From the NCBI GenBank assembly GCA_014871545.1, contig WGSR01000001.1, forward strand, positions 1 to 33,067: 33,067 nt of DNA, given 5' to 3'. Positions 24,643 through 33,067 of this stretch are shown here, piece after piece. Both the position numbers and the translations under genes were made by a program. The notes beneath the pieces are model-generated. The model searched no databases. It saw only the letters and a list, made by a program, of their open reading frames with translations, and was not told where the DNA came from. How positions within the stretch are numbered: the first letter of the stretch is position 1; each line of letters begins with the position of its first letter. The stretch is from Collinsella sp. Its GTDB lineage: Bacteria; Actinomycetota; Coriobacteriia; Coriobacteriales; Coriobacteriaceae.

Positions 24643-27103
24643 CGTAGGCTCGGCATGCATCACGCTCATGCCGTCCATGAAGGGCTTCGCCGGCAGCATC
24701 TGCTCGGAGTTCGGCGACACGGGCTCCAAGGCCGGAAAGTCATTCGGCGACTCGATGACCTCCGGCGTGGACGGCGGGGTCAAGCGCTCCAGCGGGCTGC
24801 TGAGCGGGCTCGGCACCGTCGCCAGGGGCGTGGGCACCGTCGCCGCGGCTGGCATGGGCGCGCTTACCACGGCGGTGACCGCAATCGGCGGCGCTGCGGT
24901 ATCCGCATACGCCGACTACGAGCAGCTGGTCGGCGGCGTCGATACGCTCTTCGGCTCCGCGTCCGGCAAACTGCAGGGATACGCCGCGGAAGCGTACAAG
25001 ACGTGCGGCATGAGCGCAAACCAATACATGACCCAGGCGACCAGCTTCGCCGCATCGCTCGTGAGCTCGTGCGGCGGCGACGTGGCGAAGGCCGCCGAGT
25101 CCGCCAACACGGCGATGGGCGACATGGCGGACAACGTCAACAAGATGGGCTCGGACATGGCCGACGTTCAGAACGCCTACCAAGGTTTTGCCAAGCAGAA
25201 CTATACGATGCTGGACAACCTGAAGCTGGGCTACGGCGGCACGAAGTCCGAGATGGAGCGACTCATCGCGGACGCCAACAAGCTGCGCGCGGCGCAGGGC
25301 AAGACCGCCGGCCTCACCATCGACAGCTACGCCGACGTGGTCGAGGCTATCCACACCGTGCAGTCCGAGATGGGCATCACCGGCACGACCTCCAAGGAGG
25401 CAGCTACCACCATCTCCGGCTCCATCGGCATGGCCAAGGCATCATGGGAGAACTTCCTCACCGGTCTGGGCCGAGACGACGTGGACTTCTCGCAGCTCAC
25501 CGAGCAGCTGCTCACGTCCGTCGGCGCCGTGGCCAAGAACATCGCGCCGCGCGTCGCGCAGATCGGGCAGGGCATCATCAAGGCGCTCCCTGCGGCGCTC
25601 TCCGGCATCGCGTCGGTGCTCACGCCCATCGTGTCCGAGGCGCTCGCCACGGCGTGGAACATCGCCGTCGGTGCGCTCGCCGGCATCGGTATCAAGCTGC
25701 CGAAGCTGGACTCCTCGCAGATCTGCTCGGCGCTGCAGGCCATCCTGGGCGTGGCCACGTCCGTCGGCAACGGCATCAAGGCGGCAATCGAGTTCATCGC
25801 GCCGCTCATCGCGCCAATCGGCACGGCGCTGCTCAACATCGCGCAGGCCGTGCTGCCGGTGCTCTCCACCGGCATACAGGTGGTGCTCGGCATCGTGCAG
25901 GCGCTGTCGCCGGTCATCGGCTTCCTGGTCGGTGTTATCGCGGACGTGATGACGACCGTTTCGCAGCTCGTCGCCATCGCCATGCCCGCCGTGCAGTCCG
26001 TGCTGTCCGCCGTGCTTGCGGCGATGCCGCTCATCCAGGGCGCGATTCAGGTGGCGATGGGCATCATCTCCGCCGTCTGGAACGCGGTCTGGCCGGTGAT
26101 CTCCGCTGTCCTGACTGGCGTGATGGATGCAATCTCCACTGCCGTCCAGGTCGCGATGGCCGTGGTGCAGACAGTCATCTCCACGGTCACCGCCGCGATA
26201 AGCGGCGACTGGGATACGGTCTGGAACACCATCAAGTCGGTAGCCGAGCTCGTCTGGTCGCAGATTGAGTTCGCCGTGCGAGCGGCCATCGGGGTCGTCG
26301 AGTCCGTGATAACGTCCACGCTCGATGGAATCAGCTCGATTTGGTCAAGCGTGTGGGACACCGTCCGCGATTTCGCCGAGGTGGTCTGGGGACGCATCAA
26401 GCTCGCCGTCAACTCGGCGATAAATCAGGTCAGAGGCGTGATCAGCTCCGTGCTCAACAGCATCAGCTCCACATGGTCGAGCATGTGGGGGAGCATCAAG
26501 AGCGCCTGCTCGTCCATCTGGGAGGGCATCAAGAGCGCAGCGTCCAACGGAATCAACTCCGTCTACAGGACCGTCACGAGCATCAAGGGCAAGATCACCG
26601 GATTCTTCTCGGGTGCGCGCAACTGGCTCTTCAACTCCGGCAAGTCGATACTCAACGGCCTGAAGGACGGCATCATGTCCGCTATCGGCTCGGTGACCTC
26701 GGCGGTCTCCGGAGCAGTATCCAGAATCCGCTCCTTCTTCCCGTTCTCGCCGGCAAAGGTCGGCCCGTTCTCCGGGCACGGCTACACGACCTTCTCGGGC
26801 AAGGCTCTCATGCAGGGCTGGGCGCAGGGCATCGGCTCCGGCACCGGCACCGTGGTCTCCGCCATCAGCGGCGCCATGGACACCGCGCAGGGGATGCTCT
26901 CGACGGGCCTGACCGTCGCGCCGTCCGCTGTCTACACTCCGGCGCGTCCCGAGGAGGATTCCGACGACGCCCTCGCCGGCATCCTGTCCGTCCTCGAGCA
27001 GATCCGGGACAAGGACGGAAACCTGTACATCGACTCGGAGCGCGTCTCCTCCGCCATCGCTATGCGCGGCAGGCACACGCTCGCCGCAAGGGGGTTCGCA
27101 TGA
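24632..27103 (+). CDS. Tape measure protein
   Basis: 823 aa Ala/Gly-rich; YEQLVGGVDTLF, NYTMLDNLKLGYGGT, periodic Trp repeats, PFSPAKVGP. Confidence 0.92.
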   Translation: MATSVGSACITLMPSMKGFAGSICSEFGDTGSKAGKSFGDSMTSGVDGGVKRSSGLLSGLGTVARGVGTVAAAGMGALTTAVTAIGGAAVSAYADYEQLVGGVDTLFGSASGKLQGYAAEAYKTCGMSANQYMTQATSFAASLVSSCGGDVAKAAESANTAMGDMADNVNKMGSDMADVQNAYQGFAKQNYTMLDNLKLGYGGTKSEMERLIADANKLRAAQGKTAGLTIDSYADVVEAIHTVQSEMGITGTTSKEAATTISGSIGMAKASWENFLTGLGRDDVDFSQLTEQLLTSVGAVAKNIAPRVAQIGQGIIKALPAALSGIASVLTPIVSEALATAWNIAVGALAGIGIKLPKLDSSQICSALQAILGVATSVGNGIKAAIEFIAPLIAPIGTALLNIAQAVLPVLSTGIQVVLGIVQALSPVIGFLVGVIADVMTTVSQLVAIAMPAVQSVLSAVLAAMPLIQGAIQVAMGIISAVWNAVWPVISAVLTGVMDAISTAVQVAMAVVQTVISTVTAAISGDWDTVWNTIKSVAELVWSQIEFAVRAAIGVVESVITSTLDGISSIWSSVWDTVRDFAEVVWGRIKLAVNSAINQVRGVISSVLNSISSTWSSMWGSIKSACSSIWEGIKSAASNGINSVYRTVTSIKGKITGFFSGARNWLFNSGKSILNGLKDGIMSAIGSVTSAVSGAVSRIRSFFPFSPAKVGPFSGHGYTTFSGKALMQGWAQGIGSGTGTVVSAISGAMDTAQGMLSTGLTVAPSAVYTPARPEEDSDDALAGILSVLEQIRDKDGNLYIDSERVSSAIAMRGRHTLAARGFA

Positions 27104-27798
27104 TATTCGGCGGAATCGACCTCACGCCGTACCTGCTGGTGACCAAGGTCACGAGACCGATTGTCCCCAAGGTACGGCTCGATGAGACCGAGGTCCCCGG
27201 CATGGACGGCTCGCATATCCGCGCCACTGGCCTCGAGCCCGTCGAGATAGCGGTCGCCTGCAACATCGTCGGCGGCTCCCTCGCCGCGGTCGCCGAGGCA
27301 AGGGCCGTGCTCGCCTCGGCGCTGTCCGGTGGCGAGAAGGCCCTCGTGCTCGACGACGCTCCCGAGCGCTACATGCTCGCGCGCTACAGGGGAGGGGCGG
27401 AGCAGGGGCGCAACGCGCACATGCCGAATCTCACGCTCGGGTTCTACTGTGCAGACCCCGCCGCCTACGGGCAGCGGCGCTCCGAGCAGGCGTCGGCATC
27501 CCAGCGCGCCGTCACAGCCGGGGGCAACTACAGGGCCTACCCTACGGTCACGTGCAAGCCCCCGGCAGGCTCGAGTTGGACATTCACTAATGTCTCGACC
27601 GGACAATTCGTCCGCGTCGAGGCGTCGTTCACGGGCGCACAGACCGTTGTGCTGGACATGCGCGCGGAGCGCTGCACGGTCAACGGCGCGGACTGGCCCG
27701 TGACCGTCGCGAGCGACTTCTTTTCGCTCGACGGCGTGCAGCAGATCAAGACGAGCGGCGGCACCGCGACGCTCGAATGGGAGGAGAGGTGGCTCTAG
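27100..27798 (+). CDS. Distal tail protein (Dit)
   Basis: MIFGGIDL...VPGMDG...DPAAYG...ERWL; follows TMP. Confidence 0.8.
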   Translation: MIFGGIDLTPYLLVTKVTRPIVPKVRLDETEVPGMDGSHIRATGLEPVEIAVACNIVGGSLAAVAEARAVLASALSGGEKALVLDDAPERYMLARYRGGAEQGRNAHMPNLTLGFYCADPAAYGQRRSEQASASQRAVTAGGNYRAYPTVTCKPPAGSSWTFTNVSTGQFVRVEASFTGAQTVVLDMRAERCTVNGADWPVTVASDFFSLDGVQQIKTSGGTATLEWEERWL

Positions 27799-30700
27799 GT
27801 GCGAATTGACGTATACACGTGGCAGGACGACTACGTAGCGACAATCGGCCCCGAGGAGCTGCTCTCCCTCACCCATACCGACGAGCTCAACGGCGAGGAC
27901 AGCGTGGACATCACCACGACCTTCGCGCTCAAGCAGGGCTACCGACTCGTGTGGGCCGACCGCCTCGGCAAGGTCCACGAGCACGTCTGCCAAGACCCCA
28001 AGGGCCTCCACGCCGGAGGCGATACGGTCTACACGGACACGGCGATCAACTCCATCTGCGAGACGTACGGCGACTATATCGAGGACAAGCGCCCCTACGG
28101 CTACGGCTTCTTGCAGGCGCTGAACGTCTGCCTTGGGCCGACCCGCTGGACCGCCGGAACGGTCGACCAGACCGGCACCGTCGACAAGGGCCTGACCTTC
28201 TACCACACCTCGGCGCGCGAGGCGCTCCAGTCAATCTTGGAATGCGGCGGCGAGCTTGAGACTGAAATCACCGTATCCGGCGGAAAGGTGACCTCTCGCA
28301 GGGTGGGCATCCGCTCGCACCGAGGCGCGAAGGGCGGCCACCGCCGGTTTACCTACACCAAGGACTTGGCATCCGTCTCCCGCACCGAGCACTACGGGGC
28401 GATCACCGCCTGCTACGGCTACGGCAAGGGAATCGAGACCGACACGGGCGGCTACGGGCGCAAGCTGACGTTCGGCGACATCAACAACGGAAAGAACTAC
28501 GTGGAGGACGCGACCGCGCTCAGGCTGTACGGGCGACCCGACGGCAGGGGCTGGCGCGCGCACGTGTTCGGACAATATGAAAATTCAAATTGCGAGGACG
28601 CGGCAACTCTGCTCGCTGAGACCCGCGCATACCTCGACTCCCGCAAGGAGCCGGGAATGACCTACGAGGCCGACGCCGTCGACCTCGTGCAGTTCGGGCG
28701 CGACTGGGAGGGCGTGGCGGTCGGTGAAGACGTGCAGATCGTCGACACGGCATTCAGCCCGGCGCTGCGCTGCGAGGGTCGCGTGACCAAGCTAGTCACC
28801 GACGAGCTCGGGGGCGCCATGCGCGTGACGCTCGGGAACGTGACCGAGACAATCACGGACATGTTGCTGGCACAGCAGCAGAAAGTGTCCAGCCTGTCCA
28901 GGCGCTCGTCCAGCTGGGACGTGGCGGCATCCACACCGCCCTCGTACCTCCAGCAGGTCATGGACAGCATGAATACGCAGTTCAACCTCGCGGGCAACAG
29001 CTACGTCCACACGAGCTTCGAGCGCGGCCTGATCTTCGGCTCCGTCCCCCTCGACGCGGACGGCCGCTCGACGACCGGCGGCGGCATGGCCATGCAGCTG
29101 TGCTCGCAGGGCTTCCGCATCGCCTCCGGCTGCAAGGCGGACGGCTCGTGGGACTGGCGCACCTTCGGCACCGGAAAGGGCTTCTTCGCCGAGTTCATCT
29201 GCTTCGGCACGATGCTCGGCGACCTGATCAAGACCGGAACCATCCAGGACAAGGCGGGCAAGAACTACTGGAACCTCGACGAGAGCGAACTACATATCGG
29301 CCCCGGCGCGAAGCTCGGCGACAAGGACATCGCCACGACCGACGCCGTGATCGCGTCGGTGGACGTGGAGTACGCCCAGGGAACGTCGCGCGTCACCGAG
29401 CCGCAGGGCGGATGGCAGACCACGGCGCCGCAATGGGTGTCGGGCAAGTACATCTGGACGCGCACCAAGACCACCATGCAGTCCGGCGACATCGAGTACA
29501 GCGAGCCCGTGTGCATCAGCGGCATCGATGGCGCCAAGGGCGACAAGGGCTCCACCGGCACCGGTGTGAAGGGCATCGTCGAGCAGTACTACCTGTCTAC
29601 GAGCTCCACCGCACAGTCCGGCGGCAGTTGGTCGGAGGCGCAGCCCGCGTGGAGTAAGGGCAAGTACATCTGGACGCGCAGCAAGATCGCGTGGACGGAC
29701 GGCTCGACCACCTACACCGCGCCGTGCCTCGCCAAGGCCATCAACGGCTCCAACCAGATGGCCGGCAGTGCCATCGTCTCGCGCGTGAAGCTGTACGCGA
29801 GGAACCAGTCGGACAGCGTGCCACCGATTAATGCGCAGAACCCAGAGCTGGGATGGTCCGAGGACCTCTCGCAATGGTCGAACGGATACTTCGTCTGGTC
29901 GATGGAGCGCGTCACCTACGGCGATGGCTCCGTGACCCACACGGCGCCGGTGCTGGAGGCCGCGTACAACAAGGCCTACCAGAGCGCGCACGACCTCACG
30001 GACTCACTTAATGGCCTCGACACGACGGTGCAGGACCTCGCGAGGGACGGCGTCGTGACCGAGGCGGAGGCCGCGGCCGTGAAGAAGGCCAAGCAGGACG
30101 TTGACAAGGAGCGCGAGGAGATGACCTCGCAGTACACCGCGCTGAAGTCGAACAAGGCCCTCAGTGCCAAGTTCCTCTCGTCCGTCCTCGGCCCCCGCTA
30201 CACCAAGGCCTTCGGCACGACCGACGAGGGCGGCACGTACGGCTCCTACGCCGACAAGGTCGATAAGGTGCTCCACTGCAAGACAGCTGAGGACCTGAAG
30301 GCGGCGATGTGTGAGTACGACGCCGCCTACGGCGCTTACTCGACCGCCGTGAGGGACTACGCCGATGCTGCGACCGGGGCGCGCCACGCCATCGAGCAGA
30401 AGGACGCGGCGGACTACGCAGACGGAATCCTGAGCGCCTACGACGATCAGATGGACCAGAAGGCCATTTTCGACCGCCTGACGAACGGCGGCGCAGACCA
30501 GGGGCTCTACATGAGCAACAACAGGGTCTACGTCAACGCGACATACATCGCAACCGGGACTCTCGCGGACGCAAAGGGGCGCAACTCGTGGAACCTCAAG
30601 GAAGGCGTGCTGACGACCAACTACATGACGGCGAAGAACATCACGGCGACTGGAAGCTTCACCGGTGGAAACCGCAGCAGCGGGTACGCCATGGAGCTCG

Positions 30701-31053
30701 ACTCGAGCGGGAAGCTGGCTGGGTTCAAGGACGGCACGCAGTACGGATACATCGAATGCTCCTCAACGTCACATGACGTCGACAATCCGTCGATTATCTA
30801 CCACGGACTGCAGCTGCAGGGACAGGGCGTCGTGCGAGTCTCGACCCCGAGGCTCAGCGTGAGCGGCAGTGCCGACACGAGCGTCACGACGTGGTCAGGC
30901 CTGACGACCAAGGTCGGAGCGGCATACCATCCGCTTTACACGGAGAACGGCAAGAAATATTTCAACGACCAGTCCCAGACATCGTCGGTGCTCGAGTTCA
31001 GGAACGGTCTGCTGATCGGCGTGTCGACCATGCCGTCCGGGTGGAGCGGATAA
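27799..31053 (+). CDS. Tail spike/Tal-like protein with internal repeats
   Basis: 1084 aa; ITA.YGYGKG, three G(K/Y).(I/V)W repeats, short Gly-X-Y stretch. Confidence 0.8.
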   Translation: MRIDVYTWQDDYVATIGPEELLSLTHTDELNGEDSVDITTTFALKQGYRLVWADRLGKVHEHVCQDPKGLHAGGDTVYTDTAINSICETYGDYIEDKRPYGYGFLQALNVCLGPTRWTAGTVDQTGTVDKGLTFYHTSAREALQSILECGGELETEITVSGGKVTSRRVGIRSHRGAKGGHRRFTYTKDLASVSRTEHYGAITACYGYGKGIETDTGGYGRKLTFGDINNGKNYVEDATALRLYGRPDGRGWRAHVFGQYENSNCEDAATLLAETRAYLDSRKEPGMTYEADAVDLVQFGRDWEGVAVGEDVQIVDTAFSPALRCEGRVTKLVTDELGGAMRVTLGNVTETITDMLLAQQQKVSSLSRRSSSWDVAASTPPSYLQQVMDSMNTQFNLAGNSYVHTSFERGLIFGSVPLDADGRSTTGGGMAMQLCSQGFRIASGCKADGSWDWRTFGTGKGFFAEFICFGTMLGDLIKTGTIQDKAGKNYWNLDESELHIGPGAKLGDKDIATTDAVIASVDVEYAQGTSRVTEPQGGWQTTAPQWVSGKYIWTRTKTTMQSGDIEYSEPVCISGIDGAKGDKGSTGTGVKGIVEQYYLSTSSTAQSGGSWSEAQPAWSKGKYIWTRSKIAWTDGSTTYTAPCLAKAINGSNQMAGSAIVSRVKLYARNQSDSVPPINAQNPELGWSEDLSQWSNGYFVWSMERVTYGDGSVTHTAPVLEAAYNKAYQSAHDLTDSLNGLDTTVQDLARDGVVTEAEAAAVKKAKQDVDKEREEMTSQYTALKSNKALSAKFLSSVLGPRYTKAFGTTDEGGTYGSYADKVDKVLHCKTAEDLKAAMCEYDAAYGAYSTAVRDYADAATGARHAIEQKDAADYADGILSAYDDQMDQKAIFDRLTNGGADQGLYMSNNRVYVNATYIATGTLADAKGRNSWNLKEGVLTTNYMTAKNITATGSFTGGNRSSGYAMELDSSGKLAGFKDGTQYGYIECSSTSHDVDNPSIIYHGLQLQGQGVVRVSTPRLSVSGSADTSVTTWSGLTTKVGAAYHPLYTENGKKYFNDQSQTSSVLEFRNGLLIGVSTMPSGWSG

Positions 31054-31056
31054 GAG

Positions 31057-31476
31057 ATGAAAGGACAAGAAGGAATGGAAGCAAGCAAGAAGATCGTCGT
31101 GGGCTACGCCGTCCACGACATCATCGGCAATAACGAGCAGTGCCTGACGGAGTACGACCCGGATGTGCTCCAACGCGCCGAGGACGCCGGACTCATATTT
31201 GTCGCCCAGTACGAAGACGGCACGCGCGAGGTCGTCAAGGCCGCGGACGTCCGCAAGCCTGACCCCACGGTCAACGGCATCCCGTTGGCGACCGCCGGGT
31301 ACGTCGATGAGCGCACCGCCGCCACGGTCGCCGTGTTCGACGCGCTCTCGGCCATCGTCGACCCGCAGCCGGCCATAGCGGACGAGACGGGGGAGGGAAC
31401 CGAGGCCGTCGACCCGGTCGAGGCATTCAGGGCCGCGCTCGCCGCCCTCAAGGCGCTGGAGGCCACTGATGATTAA
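31057..31476 (+). CDS. Hypothetical tail-region protein
   Basis: Fills the gap; codon bias. Confidence 0.65.
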   Translation: MKGQEGMEASKKIVVGYAVHDIIGNNEQCLTEYDPDVLQRAEDAGLIFVAQYEDGTREVVKAADVRKPDPTVNGIPLATAGYVDERTAATVAVFDALSAIVDPQPAIADETGEGTEAVDPVEAFRAALAALKALEATDD

Positions 31477-32203
31477 CCACGCTATAGCGCTCGACATGCG
31501 CAAGCGACCGGGCACCGTCCCGCAGCGCGTCACCGTGCGCCGGGGCGAGACCCAGACCCAGCGGGTGACCGCGACACTCACCACGGACGGCGCCGCCTAC
31601 AGCCCGGCATACCAGTCCGCGCGCCTGTGCGTGCTCCACGCCGACGGCACGTGGGCTCGCTGCGCGGCGACCGTGGGCACGGCCTCGGTGAGCGCCACGC
31701 TGGCGCCGGAGGCCGTCAACGGCACCGGCAAATGCCGCCTGGCCTACTTCGAGTTCTACGCCAACGGGGCCTCCGAGACTACCGAGGACTTCGCGCTCGT
31801 CATCCTGGGAAATGTGGACGGGACAACAGGGCCTGCCGTCAGCTACGACCAGGAGCTCGACGAGCTCTACAGGAAGTGGAGCACTGAGCTATCTCGGCTC
31901 GGTCAATCCGCGTTCGATGCGGCATCCGCCGCTAGCGGTGCGGCGTCGAGGGCCGATGCGGCGGCAAGCGCGGCATTGCAGATCGCGAACGCGGCGGCGC
32001 AGGGCGCCGCCGGCGAGTCCGACATCGCCGAGCTGCGCCGCCAGAACGGCCAGCTCGCGACGATGCTCGCCGACGCGACAGACAAGTTCATCTACATGGA
32101 CGGCACGGTCTACTGCCCTGCCGGCAAGGCGTCGGTATCCGGGGACACGGTGACGTTCGGCAGCACGTGCTCGGTATCGGGCGGCACGGTAACCCTTTCC
32201 TAA
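31469..32203 (+). CDS. BppU-like baseplate upper protein
   Basis: IALD...VRRGE...AYFEF...TTEDF N-terminal domain. Confidence 0.6.
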   Translation: MINHAIALDMRKRPGTVPQRVTVRRGETQTQRVTATLTTDGAAYSPAYQSARLCVLHADGTWARCAATVGTASVSATLAPEAVNGTGKCRLAYFEFYANGASETTEDFALVILGNVDGTTGPAVSYDQELDELYRKWSTELSRLGQSAFDAASAASGAASRADAAASAALQIANAAAQGAAGESDIAELRRQNGQLATMLADATDKFIYMDGTVYCPAGKASVSGDTVTFGSTCSVSGGTVTLS

Positions 32204-32212
32204 GGAGGATAA

Positions 32213-33067
32213 ATGGCAAATGCAAAGACGCTGGTCGTAGGCGGCCGGCCGCTCAACGTCATCGACGATACCGCGCGCAGCAACGCGCAGACGGCGCTCA
32301 ACAACGCCGAGTACAACCGCCAGGGCCAAATCGGCAAGTACGGCGGGCAGAACATCGCCACCATCCTGGCGGGAGAGATCGGCAGCGGCAGCGTGTACGA
32401 CGCGCTGCACAAGCGAGCCGCCAACGGCAACTTCGCGGGCCTGCGCGTGGGAGACTACATCGACGTGCCGCTGGTAAGCGCGTCGGGCGTGGCGGCCCAG
32501 CAGTCCGTGCGCTTCCTCCTGGCGCACTTCGACCCGTACTACTGCTGCGGCGACAGCTCCAAAGGCCACCACATCGCCTTCGTGGCCTCCGCGCCCATCG
32601 CCGTGGCCAAGACCGTGACCGGCGTTGCCAACGACAGCTTCCTGATGTGGAACACCACCAACACGAACCAGGGCACCGCCGACCGGAAATGCCCCTACCC
32701 CAACAGCAACCTCAAGGCGTGGGAGACGGCCTTCGAGGCGTGCCTGCCCGAGGGGCTGACCAAGTACCTGCTTACCCAGCGCGTGCTGCTTGAGGAGCGG
32801 TACAGCGCCAGCGGCGCGCTCAACGACTCCAACTCGTGGAGCTGGCAGGATATCGGCAAGGTGTTCTCGCTGTCGGAGATGGAGGTGTACGGCTGCCCCG
32901 TGTGGGGGACGAAAGGCTACAGCGTGGGCTTCGACTGCCAGTTTGACCTGTTCCGAGACACGGCGCACCGAGTCAACGGAAATCGGTGCCGTTGGTGGCT
33001 GCGTTCCGTTGCGTCGGGCTCCGCGTCCAACGTGTGCTATGTCGGCTACAGCGGCTATGCCTACTAC
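32213..33067 (+). CDS. DUF6273-like (WWLRS) tail/receptor protein, putative DGR target; truncated at window edge
   Basis: TAAGGAGG RBS; open for 285 codons: VGDYID...KVFSLSEMEVYG...QFDLF...RCRWWLRSV...VCYVGYSGYAYY. Confidence 0.8.
   Translation, partial: MANAKTLVVGGRPLNVIDDTARSNAQTALNNAEYNRQGQIGKYGGQNIATILAGEIGSGSVYDALHKRAANGNFAGLRVGDYIDVPLVSASGVAAQQSVRFLLAHFDPYYCCGDSSKGHHIAFVASAPIAVAKTVTGVANDSFLMWNTTNTNQGTADRKCPYPNSNLKAWETAFEACLPEGLTKYLLTQRVLLEERYSASGALNDSNSWSWQDIGKVFSLSEMEVYGCPVWGTKGYSVGFDCQFDLFRDTAHRVNGNRCRWWLRSVASGSASNVCYVGYSGYAYY

Larger units (their letters stand above)
898..33067. mobile_element. Temperate siphovirus-like prophage integrated at tRNA-Arg; right end outside window
   Basis: Integrase-immunity-replication-packaging-head-tail gene order abutting a tRNA; exact left boundary unknown. 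Confidence 0.95.

Noticed and set aside
27427..27449. Third AATCTCAC inside the Dit gene
   Set aside because: Downstream half (TTCTACTG) matches the late motif poorly and lies in coding sequence
964..33067. DGR template repeat, reverse transcriptase, second att site, endolysin
   Set aside because: Looked for by eye and not found in this window

Overview
High-GC actinobacterial chromosome (Coriobacteriia/Collinsella-like by inference). Bases 1-682 hold the 5' part of a host DAHP synthase gene, followed by tRNA-Arg(CCG) at 887-963. An apparently intact siphovirus-type prophage then runs off the right edge. Its gene order is: large serine integrase (ORF ends antisense inside the tRNA), an immunity switch with three CCTAA-N6-TTAGG operators, recombination/replication genes (resolvase, ERF, SSB, initiator with 12-bp iterons, DnaC-like loader), a mosaic accessory region (C5-methyltransferase-like gene with a G9 tract, duplicated cassettes), HNH, terminases, portal, a head-morphogenesis protein fused to a CdiA-like nuclease, then capsid and tail genes. 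The last gene is a WWLRS/DUF6273-like tail protein whose 3' end looks like a DGR variable region. Main points of interest: the DGR target, the integrase C-terminus written by the tRNA, a toxin-like domain followed by a structured RNA rather than an immunity gene, antisense promoter-terminator cassettes, and a shared late-promoter motif. All family names come from motif recognition by eye; no searches were run.
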